A stretch of DNA of 64,000 nt, taken from assembly GCA_964291235.2 (NCBI GenBank), contig OZ219816.1, positions 544,001 to 608,000 on the forward strand, given 5' to 3'. Shown here piece after piece: positions 38,007 through 47,186 of this stretch (within the stretch, counting starts at the first letter, position 1; each line of letters begins with the position of its first letter). The translations under genes were made by a program, and so were the position numbers. The notes under the pieces are model-generated. The model was not told where the DNA came from. It saw only the letters and a list, made by a program, of their open reading frames with translations, and made no database searches. This DNA comes from Vicinamibacteria bacterium. Lineage in GTDB: Bacteria > Acidobacteriota > Vicinamibacteria > Marinacidobacterales > Marinacidobacteraceae.

Positions 38007-40004
38007 CTAGGGCGGCGCGAGGTGGAGGGACAGGAACTCCAGAACCCGGGTGTAGAACGCGTAGCTGGCGCCCCGGTCGGTCTCCCAACGGAAGATGGAA
38101 CGGCCGATGTCGGCGCGGAAGTAGCGCTCCACCAGGGGGAAGTCGGAGCGGGACCGGAGTTCGGTAAGAAAATCGCTTTTGGCCTCGAGCGGCACCTCCG
38201 GCACCTCCTCGCCGTGAAAGGACATGAGCGGCGCCCGAACCGCATCGCCCTCCCCGTTCAGCGACAGCCGCCGGTAGTTCTCGAGATTCCCGCGGTCCGG
38301 TCCGAGCTCTCCTTCCACGAAGGCCCGCCGCTCCGGATCAAGCGACCGAAACAGCGCGCGTGGATCCGCGAACCCCATGGCCTCGACGCCGCAGGTGAAG
38401 AGTTCGGGATGGCGCGCCAGCGCGGCCAGCGCCAGGAAGCCGCCGTACTCGATCCCGAAGATGCAGGCGTCCTCCGGTGAGATGTCCGGGAGCGCCTGCG
38501 CGGCCCGGGCGAGCGCCACCAGGTCGTCGAGGTCGGAGGCGCCCCAGTCGCCGTCGTTGAGCGCCGCGAAGGCTGCCCCGCGACCGGAGGAGCCCCGCAC
38601 GTTGGGCGCCAGGATGGCGTAGCCCTGTCCGGTGAGCAGCTGCACGATGGGATCGAACCCGTTCCTCCACCCATCGCCCGCTGGTCCGCGAACGTGCACC
38701 AGGAGGGGCGCCGGCGTTTCTTCCGGAGGCGGAACCGGCCGATAGAGGAAGGCGCCCACGGTGACGCCGTCCTCCCGTTCCACCTCGATCCGCTCGGGCC
38801 GGGAAAAGGTGCGCACGTCGATCTCGGGGAACAGGGTGTCGGTGATCCGGGCGCGTCCGCCCCGGAGAGGAAACGACCAGACATCGCGGGGAAACGCGGG
38901 CGCCTCGTGCAGAGCAAGGATCTGGGTTCCGTCCCGGCTCCAGCGGAGGTTGCGCGCGACTCCGGCGCCCCGCGTCACGATCCGGCTCCGGCCGGCCGGG
39001 ATCCAGCGTCCGTGCTCGTCGCGCTGCAGCCGCGAACGGTGGATGCGCCGGCTGCCGCGGTCGGCCTCGATCCAGGCGATCTCGAGTTCGTCGGCGGCGC
39101 TCCCCAACGGGCGAAAGCGAGGCTCGGCAAGGTCGCGCTCGGCGGTCAGGAGTGGGTAGGGCGGGGCCGTGCCGTCCGCGGCGCCAAAGTAAACCGTGTC
39201 GAAGCCGCCGTCCGGGCATCCGGAGGCGCACGAGACACCGCTCGACCAGGCGAGGCCGGCGCCACCGGGCGCCCAGCCGGGGCCCCCGCGCACCGAACGG
39301 TCGTTGCCGGCGGCGAGGATGAGGGGTTCGCCTCTCGTTTCGACCGCGACCACCGCCAGGCCGCGTCCGGCCCCCGAAGCGAAGCTGTAGGCGAGCCGGG
39401 TTCCGTCCGGGGACCAGACCGGTGCTCCCTCGTCCCCGGGGTGGTCGGTGAGCCGTTCGGCCGGCCCCCCGCTGGCGGACACCAGCCAGATGTCCTCGCC
39501 GCTCCCGGGGCCGCCATCCGCTTCCTCGGGCGACGGCCGCCCGAGGAAGGCGATCCGTTCTCCCGCCGGGTCCACGGCCGGGGCGCGTGCTTCGAGTCCC
39601 GGTTCGGTCAGGGGTTGGGGCTCGCCGCCGAGGGAAAGACGAAAGAGGCGGCCGGTTTCGGGTTCGCGGCCCCGGGGCCGGCGCCCGGAAACGAAGACCA
39701 CCGTCATTCCGTCGCCGAGGAACCGCGGCGCCGAGTCCCAGCGCCGGCCCTCGGTGAGCATTCCCGGCTGAGCCCCGGCAGCGGTCAGGAACAGGGTCGA
39801 GCGATTTCGGGTGGATGCGGCCAGCACCACCCGGCGCCCGTCCGGCGAGACGTCGAAGCCGAGCGCCTGCGGCAGCCCGAAAACGGTGTCCAGCGCGAGC
39901 TGCTGGTCCGGCTCGATGAGCTGCCCGCGCTGGCCCGCGGCCGCTGTGGGCAGGAGCGTGAGCAGCGCCACCCCCGCGCCGACCAGGATCGCGGGAAGCC
40001 TCAT
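38007..40004 (-). CDS. S9-family peptidase homologue with TolB-like propeller, catalytic triad absent
   Basis: Signal peptide, repeated SPDG/WSPDG motifs, APNVRGSSG; GIEYGG at the nucleophile elbow. Confidence 0.85.
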   Translation of the reverse strand: MRLPAILVGAGVALLTLLPTAAAGQRGQLIEPDQQLALDTVFGLPQALGFDVSPDGRRVVLAASTRNRSTLFLTAAGAQPGMLTEGRRWDSAPRFLGDGMTVVFVSGRRPRGREPETGRLFRLSLGGEPQPLTEPGLEARAPAVDPAGERIAFLGRPSPEEADGGPGSGEDIWLVSASGGPAERLTDHPGDEGAPVWSPDGTRLAYSFASGAGRGLAVVAVETRGEPLILAAGNDRSVRGGPGWAPGGAGLAWSSGVSCASGCPDGGFDTVYFGAADGTAPPYPLLTAERDLAEPRFRPLGSAADELEIAWIEADRGSRRIHRSRLQRDEHGRWIPAGRSRIVTRGAGVARNLRWSRDGTQILALHEAPAFPRDVWSFPLRGGRARITDTLFPEIDVRTFSRPERIEVEREDGVTVGAFLYRPVPPPEETPAPLLVHVRGPAGDGWRNGFDPIVQLLTGQGYAILAPNVRGSSGRGAAFAALNDGDWGASDLDDLVALARAAQALPDISPEDACIFGIEYGGFLALAALARHPELFTCGVEAMGFADPRALFRSLDPERRAFVEGELGPDRGNLENYRRLSLNGEGDAVRAPLMSFHGEEVPEVPLEAKSDFLTELRSRSDFPLVERYFRADIGRSIFRWETDRGASYAFYTRVLEFLSLHLAPP

Positions 40005-40066
40005 TCCGGAAGCGTAGTCTTCCGGCCGCTCGCGGAACGTGTCCCGGCGCCCGGCCGGAGGCGATA

Positions 40067-41740
40067 ATGCCGGTACGCCTTCCGGTGAATCCCACTTCCG
40101 TGATCTCTCCTCCTCCGATCCGCTTCGAGTCGCACCCGTCCCGCTATCGGCACTGGGACCTGGAAACCGGCGGGGAGGTCGCCACCCTGACCCTACGGGT
40201 GGATGAGACGGGTGGTCTCCGGCCGGGGTACGCGCTCAAGCTCAACAGCTACGACCTGGGGGTGGACATCGAACTCGCGGACGCCGTGGAGCGGCTGCGG
40301 TTCGAACACCCCGAGGCCGGAGCGGTGGTGATCCGCAGCGCCCTCGACCGGGTGTTTTGCTCCGGCGCCAACATTTTCATGCTGGCCGGCTCTTCCCACG
40401 GGTTCAAGGTCAACTTCTGCAAGTTCACGAACGAGACCCGGCTCGCCATCGAGGATGCGAGTCGCGGGAGCGGCCAGCGGTATCTGGCCGCGCTTGCCGG
40501 GACCACCGCCGGCGGCGGCTACGAACTCGCACTTGCCTGCGACGAAATCCTCCTGGTGGACGATGGCAGTTCCGCGGTTTCGCTGCCGGAGGTGCCGCTC
40601 CTCGGGGTGCTCCCGGGGACCGGCGGGCTGACCCGGGTCATCGACAAGCGCGGGGTCCGGCGGGACCGCGCCGATGTGTTCTCCACGCTCGCGGAAGGAA
40701 TCCGGGGCCGCCGGGCGCTCGAATGGGGCCTCGTGGACGGACTCGCACCGCGCAGCCGCTTCGAAGAGCACGTTCGGGAGCGCACGGCGGCGCTTGCCGC
40801 TTCTTCGCACGGCCGCAAGAAGCGGGGCGTGGTCCTGGAGCCCCTGGAGCCCGAGGAGGGTCCCGACTCAATCCGCTACCGCCATGTCGACTTGTGTTTT
40901 GACCGCAGCGCTCGTACCGCGACCCTCACCGTACGGGCCCCGGAAGACCCGTTCCCGGAAGACGACGCGGCGCTTCGCGCGGCCGGATCCTCGCTCTGGC
41001 ACCTGCGGATGGCGCGGGAACTCGACGACGCGCTCTGCCGGCTCCGCTTCAACGAGCCGGAGACCGGCGTGGTCCTGCTGCGCACGGCGGGCGATCCCGA
41101 CGCCGTGAAGGAAGCGGACCGCCGGCTTGAGAAGTTCGGCATGATCTGGCTCGCCTCCCAGACCCGCTTCCGGGTGGGCCGGATGCTCCGCCGGCTCGAC
41201 CAGACCGCGCGGAGCTTTTTCGCGGTGGCGGAACCCGGCGAACGGTTCGTGGGGACCCTCGCCGAACTCGCGTTCGCCGCCGACCGCTCCTACCTCTGCG
41301 ACGATCCGGACCGCCCCGCGGGGATCGAGGTCACCGCGCTGAACCTCGGCGCCTACCCGATGGGGAACGGCCTCTCGCGGCTCGAGACCCGGTTCTACGG
41401 GAAGGCCGATTGGATCGAGGGCCTCCGGTGGCAAGGCCGGTTCGGCGCCGCCGAGGCGGAGAAGCTGGGTCTCGCCACCTTCGCTCCCGACGACCTCGAC
41501 TGGGAGGACGAGCTGCGGGTCGCGATCGAGGAACGCGCCGGGTTCTCGCCCGATGCGCTCACCGGGATGGAGGCGTCACTGCGCTTCGCCGGTCCCGAGA
41601 CCATGGAAACCCGGATCTTCGGGCGCCTCTCCGCCTGGCAGAACTGGATCTTCCAGCGGCCCAACGCGATGGGGGAGCGCGGCGCCCTCACCACCTACGG
41701 CAAGCCTGAACGCCCCGCCTTCGACTGGGAAAGAACCTGA
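40067..41740 (+). CDS. boxC: 2,3-epoxybenzoyl-CoA dihydrolase
   Basis: LKLNSYDLGVDIELADA, KVNFCKFTNETR, SAWQNWIFQRPNA. Confidence 0.95.
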   Translation: MPVRLPVNPTSVISPPPIRFESHPSRYRHWDLETGGEVATLTLRVDETGGLRPGYALKLNSYDLGVDIELADAVERLRFEHPEAGAVVIRSALDRVFCSGANIFMLAGSSHGFKVNFCKFTNETRLAIEDASRGSGQRYLAALAGTTAGGGYELALACDEILLVDDGSSAVSLPEVPLLGVLPGTGGLTRVIDKRGVRRDRADVFSTLAEGIRGRRALEWGLVDGLAPRSRFEEHVRERTAALAASSHGRKKRGVVLEPLEPEEGPDSIRYRHVDLCFDRSARTATLTVRAPEDPFPEDDAALRAAGSSLWHLRMARELDDALCRLRFNEPETGVVLLRTAGDPDAVKEADRRLEKFGMIWLASQTRFRVGRMLRRLDQTARSFFAVAEPGERFVGTLAELAFAADRSYLCDDPDRPAGIEVTALNLGAYPMGNGLSRLETRFYGKADWIEGLRWQGRFGAAEAEKLGLATFAPDDLDWEDELRVAIEERAGFSPDALTGMEASLRFAGPETMETRIFGRLSAWQNWIFQRPNAMGERGALTTYGKPERPAFDWERT

Positions 41741-41743
41741 TCC

Positions 41744-43150
41744 ATGTCCGAACTCGACGCCCGTATCCCCAACAACGTGGCGCTGTCCCAGGATCCGCGC
41801 CTCCAGCGGGCGCTGCTGCGCTGGCAGCCCGCGTTCCTCCAGTGGTGGAACGAGATGGGGCCGGAGGGTTTCCAGGGCGACGACGTGCTCCTGCGCACCG
41901 CGGTCTCGGTGGAGCCGTCGGGCTGGTCGCACTTCGACTACGTGCGCATGCCGGACTACCGCTGGGGCATCTTCCTGACGCCGCCGGAGGAGGATCGGCG
42001 CATCGGCTTCGGGGATCTGGCGGGCCGACCGGTGTGGCAGGAGGTTCCGGGAGAGTTCCGGACCGACCTGCGGCGGCTCATCGTCACCCAGGGCGACACG
42101 GAGCCGGCGAGCGTGGAACAGCAACGCCAGTTGGGAAAGACCGCCCCCAGCCTCTACGACCTCCGGAATCTCTTCCAGGTGAACGTCGAGGAGGGGCGGC
42201 ATCTTTGGGCGATGGTGTACCTGCTGCACTCCTACTTTGGCCGCGACGGCCGGGAGGAAGCGGACGCCCTGCTCGAGCGCCACAGCGGAGACGTGGACCG
42301 GCCGCGCATCCTGCAGGCGTTCAACGAGCCCTGCGATGACTGGTTGAACTTCTACCTGTTCACCATGTTCACCGATCGGGACGGCAAGTACCAGCTTCTC
42401 GCGCTCGCGGAGAGCGCCTTCGATCCCCTCGCGCGCACCACCCGGTTCATGCTCACCGAGGAGGCGTTCCACATGTCGGTCGGCGAGACCGGGGTGGGCC
42501 GGATCGTCGAGCGAACCGCCGAGGTCATGGCGGCCGGGCACGACGATCCCCGGGAAGTGGGCGTGTTCGATCTGCCTCTCATCCAGCGCCACATCAACTT
42601 CTGGTTCAGCGCTTCGCTCGACCTGTTCGGCGGCGAGGTCTCCTCGAACGCTGCCCACTACTTCGCGAACGGGCTGAAGGGCAGGGCGCGGGAAACGCGC
42701 CGGAAGGACCACGCGGCGCTCGACGGCGTGTACCGGATGCGGTTGCCCGAAGCGGGTGCACTCGGCGAGCGGGAGGTGCCGCTCCGGAACGCCATGAACG
42801 AGATCCTTCGCGACGACTACGTTCGCGACTGCGAGCGTGGCCTGGCGCGCTGGAACAGGATCCTGGAGAACGCCGGGCTCGGGGACCGCCTGAGTCTGCC
42901 CAGCCGCCGCTTTCACCGGCAGATCGGGGCCTACTCCGGTCACCGGTTCGACCCCGAGGGGAACCTCGTCGAGGAAGAGGTCTGGCAGCGGGAGTGCGGG
43001 CAGTGGCTGCCGACCGCGAACGACCGCGAGTATGTGCGGCGCCTGATGGCGCCGGTGTACGAGCCGGGCAAGATGGCGTACTGGATCGCGCCGCCGAAGA
43101 GCGGGGTGGACGGCAAGCCGATCGGCTACGAGTACGTCCGGCGTCCGTGA
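41744..43150 (+). CDS. boxB: Benzoyl-CoA 2,3-epoxidase subunit B
   Basis: IPNNV, QGDTEPASVEQQ, VNVEEGRH, MLTEEAFH. Confidence 0.95.
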   Translation: MSELDARIPNNVALSQDPRLQRALLRWQPAFLQWWNEMGPEGFQGDDVLLRTAVSVEPSGWSHFDYVRMPDYRWGIFLTPPEEDRRIGFGDLAGRPVWQEVPGEFRTDLRRLIVTQGDTEPASVEQQRQLGKTAPSLYDLRNLFQVNVEEGRHLWAMVYLLHSYFGRDGREEADALLERHSGDVDRPRILQAFNEPCDDWLNFYLFTMFTDRDGKYQLLALAESAFDPLARTTRFMLTEEAFHMSVGETGVGRIVERTAEVMAAGHDDPREVGVFDLPLIQRHINFWFSASLDLFGGEVSSNAAHYFANGLKGRARETRRKDHAALDGVYRMRLPEAGALGEREVPLRNAMNEILRDDYVRDCERGLARWNRILENAGLGDRLSLPSRRFHRQIGAYSGHRFDPEGNLVEEEVWQRECGQWLPTANDREYVRRLMAPVYEPGKMAYWIAPPKSGVDGKPIGYEYVRRP

Positions 43151-44337
43151 GCGACGGTTTGCCGATGGACATCGTGCTCGCCGGAGCGCGACGCACTCCC
43201 ATCGGGCGTTTCGGCGGCGCGTTCGCCTCCCTGACGGCGCCCGCCCTGGGGGCCGCCGCCGCGCGCGCCTCGCTCGCCGCCGCCGGTGTTCCGCCCGAGG
43301 CGGTGGACGAGGTGGTCTTCGGGAACGCTCGGCAGGCGGGTGTCGGCCCGAATCCCGCGCGGCAGATCGGACGGCGGGCCGGTCTCGGCGACCGCGTGCC
43401 GGCGCGGACGGTGAACCAGGCGTGCGCTTCCGGACTCCGGGCGATTCTGGACGCCGCCGCCTCCGTCCGCCTCGGAGATGCCGAGGTGGTACTCGCCGGG
43501 GGCACCGAGAGCATGAGCAACACCCCGTTTCTCCTGCCCTCCGTGCGCTGGGGACAGCGATTCGGCGATGGATCGCTCGACGACGGGATGTACCGCGACG
43601 GGTTTCACTGCCCGCTGGCGGATCAGCTCATGGGAGACACCGCGGAGACCCTGGCCGACCGGTACGGCCTCTCCCGCGCCGAGTGCGATGGCTACGCGGC
43701 GACGAGTCAGAACCGTGCCGAGGCGGCGCGCGCCGCGGGTCGTTTCGATCAGGAGATCGCCCCGGTCCGGGTCGCCACCCGCAAGGGCGAGGTCGAAGTG
43801 GCGCGTGACGAGCACCCCCGCGCCGGGGTGACTCGGGATTCGCTAGCGAAACTCCCGCCGGTTTTCCGGGAAGACGGAGTGGTCCACGCCGGGAATTCGT
43901 CCGGGATTACCGACGGCGCCGCGGCAGTCGTGGTGCTCTCCGCGAGCCGAGCTCGGGAACTCGGCGTCCGACCGCTGGCCCGCCTCGCGGGCCATGCGAC
44001 CGCCGGGGTGGACCCTCGCGTGATGGGCATCGGGCCGGTGCCGGCGGTACGCGATCTGCTGGACCGCACCGGGATGCGCCTTGCGGACGTGGCGCTCGTG
44101 GAACTGAACGAGGCGTTCGCTCCGCAGGTGCTCGCCTGCGTCCGCGATCTGGATCTCGATCCCGGGCGGCTGAACGTGAACGGAGGCGCCATCGCGCTCG
44201 GCCATCCCATTGGCGCCACCGGAGCCCGGATCGTCGTCACGCTGCTGCACGAGATGGAGCGACGCGATGTCCGCCACGGGATCGCCACCCTCTGCGTGAG
44301 CGGCGGGATGGGGGTAGCCGTCCTGCTCGAGCGTTAG
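43147..44337 (+). CDS. Thiolase (acetyl-CoA acyltransferase)
   Basis: [31 protein letters not shown]. Confidence 0.95.
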   Translation: MSDGLPMDIVLAGARRTPIGRFGGAFASLTAPALGAAAARASLAAAGVPPEAVDEVVFGNARQAGVGPNPARQIGRRAGLGDRVPARTVNQACASGLRAILDAAASVRLGDAEVVLAGGTESMSNTPFLLPSVRWGQRFGDGSLDDGMYRDGFHCPLADQLMGDTAETLADRYGLSRAECDGYAATSQNRAEAARAAGRFDQEIAPVRVATRKGEVEVARDEHPRAGVTRDSLAKLPPVFREDGVVHAGNSSGITDGAAAVVVLSASRARELGVRPLARLAGHATAGVDPRVMGIGPVPAVRDLLDRTGMRLADVALVELNEAFAPQVLACVRDLDLDPGRLNVNGGAIALGHPIGATGARIVVTLLHEMERRDVRHGIATLCVSGGMGVAVLLER

Positions 44338-44757
44338 GAGCGCCCTGGGGCTGGAGGGGGACGGCGCCGCGGGCAGGCACCGGGGCGTTGCGCCGTCCCC
44401 GTTTGGGTGAGTGTCATCAAGGCTGATTGAGTCAGGGAGTTTCGCGGCCAGGAACCCCCACCGGGAGAACTGGGCCAGCCTCCGGCTGGCATCGCCCGCG
44501 TAGCGGGCGAAACTCCCAAACCTGATCCGCCCGGATGACGCCGCCGCCCAACAGTACGGCGGAGCGGCACCCCGGAGGGCGAACAGAGTGGCGCCGTCCT
44601 CGTTTAGGTCGCCGTCATCAAGGCTGATTGAGTCAGGGAGTTTCGCGGCCTGCGGCCGCGATGCCGGCCGGAGGCCGGCGCTCCTTTTTCTGAGCGCCGT
44701 GGGGCTGGAGAGGGGCGGCGCCGCGGGCAGGCACGGGGGCAATATGCCGTTCCCGTT
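44338..44757. repeat. Mosaic intergenic repeat region with an exact 37-bp direct repeat and a REP
   Basis: GTCATCAAGGCTGATTGAGTCAGGGAGTTTCGCGGCC at ~44413 and ~44614; duplicated flanks at ~44338 and ~44693. Confidence 0.8.
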
Positions 44758-44763
44758 CCGGAA

Positions 44764-45822
44764 TTAGCGCCTGAAGTATTCGACTTGCCACTTGCGGACG
44801 GCGCGGTTGTGCTCGCGCAGCGACCGGCTGAACTCGTGGGTGCCGTCGTTCCGGGAGACGAAATAGAGGAAATCGCTGTCGGCGGGGTTCAACACGGCGT
44901 CGAGCGCCGCGATCCCGAACGAGCTGATGGGCCCCGGCGGTATTCCCCCGGCCTGGTAGGTGTTGTACGGGGAATCGATCTGGAGGTCTCGTCTCCTGAT
45001 GTTGTTCCCGGTGTCACCCGCCTCGCGCATCGCGAAGAGGACGGTCGGGTCGGACTGCAGCGGCATCCCCCGTTCGAGCCGATTCCAGAACACCGAAGCG
45101 ATCAGGGGGCGTTCTCCGCTGCTCCCCGTCTCTTTTTCGACGATCGAAGCCAGGGTGGCGATCTCGCGCAGCGAGCGGCCGAGTTCCTCCGCGCGGCGGC
45201 GGCGGCGGTCGGTCCACAGTGCCCGGAACTGGCGCACCAGCACTCCGGCGAGCCGTTCGGGACCGGCTTCGGGAGGCAGGCGATAGGTGCTCGGAAAGAG
45301 ATAGCCCTCGAGATCCTTCGCCTCCGGGTCGAGGTCGCCGACGAGGTTGGCCGCGGTTTCCGGATCCTGGAACACCGCGAGCAGCGCGTCCCGATCCCCG
45401 GCCCCCTGTTCCGCGAGCGCCGCCGCGGTGGCGGCCTGGTCGAGACCCTCGGGGAGGGTCACCGCCAGGGTCGCCACTTCGCCGCTGACCAGCCTGCCGA
45501 TCACGTCGGTGGGGGTGAGCGGGCCCTCAAACCGGTAAAGACCTGCCTGCAGGCGACTTCCGAGATCCGCCCTCCTCACCCCGCGGAGGAAAACGTCGCG
45601 GTCCGCGACGATTCCCGAAGCCTCCAGGCGGTTTGCGATCGTCTCGGCGGTCGAGCCGCGCCCCACCCGGAACAGGACAGCTCCGCGATGCTCGGCGTAG
45701 GGACGGCCGAGCGCGTCTTCCAGCGGCTTCAGGTAGAAGGACTGGTAGGCCAAGGCCCCGGCGGCCGCGACGGCCGCAATCCCCGTCAACCCGAGGGCGA
45801 GCCGCCGAACGCGGCGGGACAC
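44764..45822 (-). CDS. mltG: Endolytic transglycosylase MltG
   Basis: LEGYLFPSTY, ASIVEKE, LQSDPT, SPYNTY, LYFVS. Confidence 0.95.
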   Translation of the reverse strand: MSRRVRRLALGLTGIAAVAAAGALAYQSFYLKPLEDALGRPYAEHRGAVLFRVGRGSTAETIANRLEASGIVADRDVFLRGVRRADLGSRLQAGLYRFEGPLTPTDVIGRLVSGEVATLAVTLPEGLDQAATAAALAEQGAGDRDALLAVFQDPETAANLVGDLDPEAKDLEGYLFPSTYRLPPEAGPERLAGVLVRQFRALWTDRRRRRAEELGRSLREIATLASIVEKETGSSGERPLIASVFWNRLERGMPLQSDPTVLFAMREAGDTGNNIRRRDLQIDSPYNTYQAGGIPPGPISSFGIAALDAVLNPADSDFLYFVSRNDGTHEFSRSLREHNRAVRKWQVEYFRR

Positions 45823-45851
45823 TGGTTGGCTCCCGAGCGCGCTCCGGTCCT

Positions 45852-47186
45852 TCAGGAAGGACCTTGCGCGGCCGCCCGGCGCCGCTTCAGGGCCCGGATC
45901 GCCAGGTCCACTTCCGGATCCTCGTCGTCGAGATCCTCGGGTTCGATGTCCAGATCCGCGGGACTCGCACTCGGCGCCACCCCGACCCCCAGGATGTCTT
46001 CACCGTCCGTATCCTGGATGTGGGCGGTGGAAAGGAGGATTGCGTCCCCTTCCGGAAGCTCGATGAGTTCGGGACGTCCGGTGCGGCCGGCGGTGCGCCG
46101 TCCGACGATGTCCGTCTCCTCGCGGGACTTGAGGGCCGCCGCGAGCACTTCTCCAGCACACACCGTGCTCTGGTTGATGGCCACCGCCACTGGGCCGTCG
46201 AAGACGGGTTCCCCGACCGGGGTGGCGAGCGGCGCCGACGATTCATCGCCGTTCGGCTGGCGCTCGAAGAACCGGGCCACTTCGCCCTCCATGAAGGCGC
46301 CGGCAGCCTCGACCCCCGCGTCGCAGGCGCCGCTCGCACCGCGGCTTCCCCTCAGATCGAGCACGAGGCCCGTCGCCCCGCCGGCTGCCAGTGACTCCAC
46401 GGCGGCCTCGAGTTGGCCGCTCGTCGCGTCGTGGAAGCGCCGGATCCGGACGAGCCCGATTCCCTCGCCGAGCGTGCGGTGCTCCACCGGTGGGGCAGGG
46501 AGCACGGCCCGCTCGACGGTGACGTTCCGGGACTCCGCGTCGGTGGCGTCGCGAAGCGACAGCTGCACCGAGGTGCCGGGCTCGCCGGCGAGCAACAGGA
46601 GGGCGACGGGAATCCGGAGTTCGCGGGTGTTTTGACCGTCGATCGCGGTAATCGCGACGCCGCGCTCGATACCGGCCTCGGCGGCGGGTGATCCCGGAAG
46701 CACGTCGTCCACGTGCAGGTAGTACCGCTTCTGCAGGCCGATCCCGACGCTCGCGTTCAACGACGTGCGATTCCGGTAGCGGGCGAGATCAGCGGCGCTG
46801 AGATAGGCGCTGTCCGCGTCGAGCGCTTCAAAGATGCCGCGGACCGCCCCGTCCATCAGGAACGCCGCGTCCACCGGCTCCAGGTACTGGTCCCGGATGA
46901 GCATCAACGCTCCGCTGAACACCTCGATGGCGTCGTAAACCGACTCCTGAACGGGCGCCGGCGCCGCGGAGCCGTTCCCGGCCGAAAGCCCGGCCCGGGC
47001 CAATAATGGCGCTGCCCGATCGGCGGCTTCCGGACCGAGCCGATCCGCGGCGGCCACCGCCGCCGCCGCCAGCAGGATGCCGGCGAACGCCCTCCGTCCC
47101 CAACTGGGCTTCCAACGGAGCCCCCGACTGGGCCGCCCCCCGGCGTCCGGGGGGCGGCCGGAGACGGCCGGATTCGAGGAGATCAG
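45852..47186 (-). CDS. S41/CtpA-like PDZ peptidase homologue with substituted dyad (start uncertain)
   Basis: ALDADSAY, PGSPAAEAGI, VLDLRG, STVCAGEV, RTAGRTG, GVGVAP. Confidence 0.8.
   Translation of the reverse strand: MISSNPAVSGRPPDAGGRPSRGLRWKPSWGRRAFAGILLAAAAVAAADRLGPEAADRAAPLLARAGLSAGNGSAAPAPVQESVYDAIEVFSGALMLIRDQYLEPVDAAFLMDGAVRGIFEALDADSAYLSAADLARYRNRTSLNASVGIGLQKRYYLHVDDVLPGSPAAEAGIERGVAITAIDGQNTRELRIPVALLLLAGEPGTSVQLSLRDATDAESRNVTVERAVLPAPPVEHRTLGEGIGLVRIRRFHDATSGQLEAAVESLAAGGATGLVLDLRGSRGASGACDAGVEAAGAFMEGEVARFFERQPNGDESSAPLATPVGEPVFDGPVAVAINQSTVCAGEVLAAALKSREETDIVGRRTAGRTGRPELIELPEGDAILLSTAHIQDTDGEDILGVGVAPSASPADLDIEPEDLDDEDPEVDLAIRALKRRRAAAQGPS

Noticed and set aside
44413-44650. 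37-bp direct repeat as a mini-CRISPR
   Set aside because: Only two copies, ~164 bp apart (too long for a spacer), with partially duplicated flanks
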